Part shown: piece by piece, positions 63,215 through 64,000 of the stretch
Numbering within the stretch: position 1 is the first letter of the stretch
Layout of the letters: each line of letters starts with the position of its first letter
DNA from: Porticoccaceae bacterium
Lineage (GTDB): Bacteria > Pseudomonadota > Gammaproteobacteria > Pseudomonadales > Porticoccaceae
Direction of reading: 5' to 3'
NCBI GenBank assembly: GCA_964229255.1
Contig: CAXRCX010000011.1
Span: forward strand, 141,546-205,545
DNA: 64,000 nucleotides
Notes under the pieces: model-generated
Database searches by the model: none
The model's input: only the letters and a program-made list of their open reading frames with translations
What the model was told of the DNA's origin: nothing
Made by a program: the position numbers and the translations under genes

Positions 63215-64000
63215 TTACTTATAAATATTGGCGCTATCGGTCAGGCGATTCCACCATTTGGTAATCAGTCTATCAGCACTTTGCTCGGCAGCTAGTCCAA
63301 GACGCTGTGGCAACTTCTTTTTCTGCAGGTAATTAATTTCATAGACCTTCGATTCTTTTGCCTGTTGGGTTAGGTATTCATCACTGGTCATCAGCTCATC
63401 GACCAATGAGAGCTCAAGTGCGCGGGTACCAAACCACACATCACCTGTGGCAACTTTATCTATATCAATATTGGGACGGCGCTCTGCCACATAGGATTTA
63501 AACAGAGAGTGGGTGTCCTGAAGATCCTCGAGAAACTTTTCTCGACCCTGCTCGGTATTTTCACCAAATACTGTCAAGGTTCTCTTGTGCTCACCGGCAG
63601 TTAATAACTCAAAGTCTATATCATGTTTTTTTAGCAGTCGATGAAAGTTCGGCAGTTGAGCTACAACACCTATGGAGCCGATAATAGCGAATGGTGCAGC
63701 GAGGATTTTATCACCAACACAGGCCATCATATAGCCACCACTTGCAGCTACCTTGTCTACACAAATGGTAATAGGAATACTTTGTTTGCGCAGTCTATCT
63801 AGCTGACTGCTGGCAAGGCCATAGCTGTGAACCATGCCACCCGAGCTCTCTAGCTTAACCACAACCTCATCTTGAGGCTTGGCTTGGGTCAGAATAGCGG
63901 TAACCTCTTCGCGCAAATTGGCAACCGCTGAGGCGCTGACATTGCCATTAAATTTAACCACGAAAACGCGCTTTTTCTCCTCGGCTTCAGTCTTTGATTT
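63215..64000 (-). CDS. sohB: S49 peptidase SohB (5' end outside window)
   Basis: LESSGG.VHSYGLASSQL, VAASGGYMMAC, IGSIGV, AGEHKRTL, VATGD; the frame stays open to the right edge. Confidence 0.93.
   Translation of the reverse strand, partial: KSKTEAEEKKRVFVVKFNGNVSASAVANLREEVTAILTQAKPQDEVVVKLESSGGMVHSYGLASSQLDRLRKQSIPITICVDKVAASGGYMMACVGDKILAAPFAIIGSIGVVAQLPNFHRLLKKHDIDFELLTAGEHKRTLTVFGENTEQGREKFLEDLQDTHSLFKSYVAERRPNIDIDKVATGDVWFGTRALELSLVDELMTSDEYLTQQAKESKVYEINYLQKKKLPQRLGLAAEQSADRLITKWWNRLTDSANIYK

Overview
Mostly core-genome DNA from a compact, AT-leaning Gammaproteobacterium. Gene content and order suggest Cellvibrionales/Porticoccaceae (SAR92-like); this is inference, not a database result. 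Left to right: ftsK (runs off the left edge), trxB-aat-infA, clpA/clpS, cspD, icd, rluE-nudJ-mnmA-hflD-purB-roxA, ggt, a fused class-1B PyrD-PyrK dihydroorotate dehydrogenase, an orphan fadB, tRNA-Pro/Arg/His, folD, a GDPD, cysS-glnS, ppiB-lpxH, yccA-tusE-phhB-trmA, rmuC, an AddB/AddA-like pair, DAHP synthase, a J-domain protein, dapE, rsmJ, MBL-bamC-dapA, lpxL, fabV, a broken lpxD, aceF-aceE, pitrilysin, perM, bepA, nadA, cysI-DUF934, a CPA2 antiporter and sohB (runs off the right edge). I saw no prophage, IS, integrase or CRISPR array. Most notable signals not explained by the ORF track: (1) a 455-bp intergenic region with a DnaA-box triad, IHF-consensus sites and a distal DnaA box, resembling a DnaA-reactivating sequence (DARS); (2) a single-chain PyrD-PyrK enzyme; (3) an lpxD pseudogene with two lesions; (4) an uncalled 37-aa membrane peptide gene upstream of nadA; (5) a relic resembling a proprotein-convertase P-domain C-terminus; (6) an AddB-like subunit lacking the C-terminal Fe-S cysteines; (7) a palindromic operator in the aceE promoter spacer. 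All motif work was done by eye.
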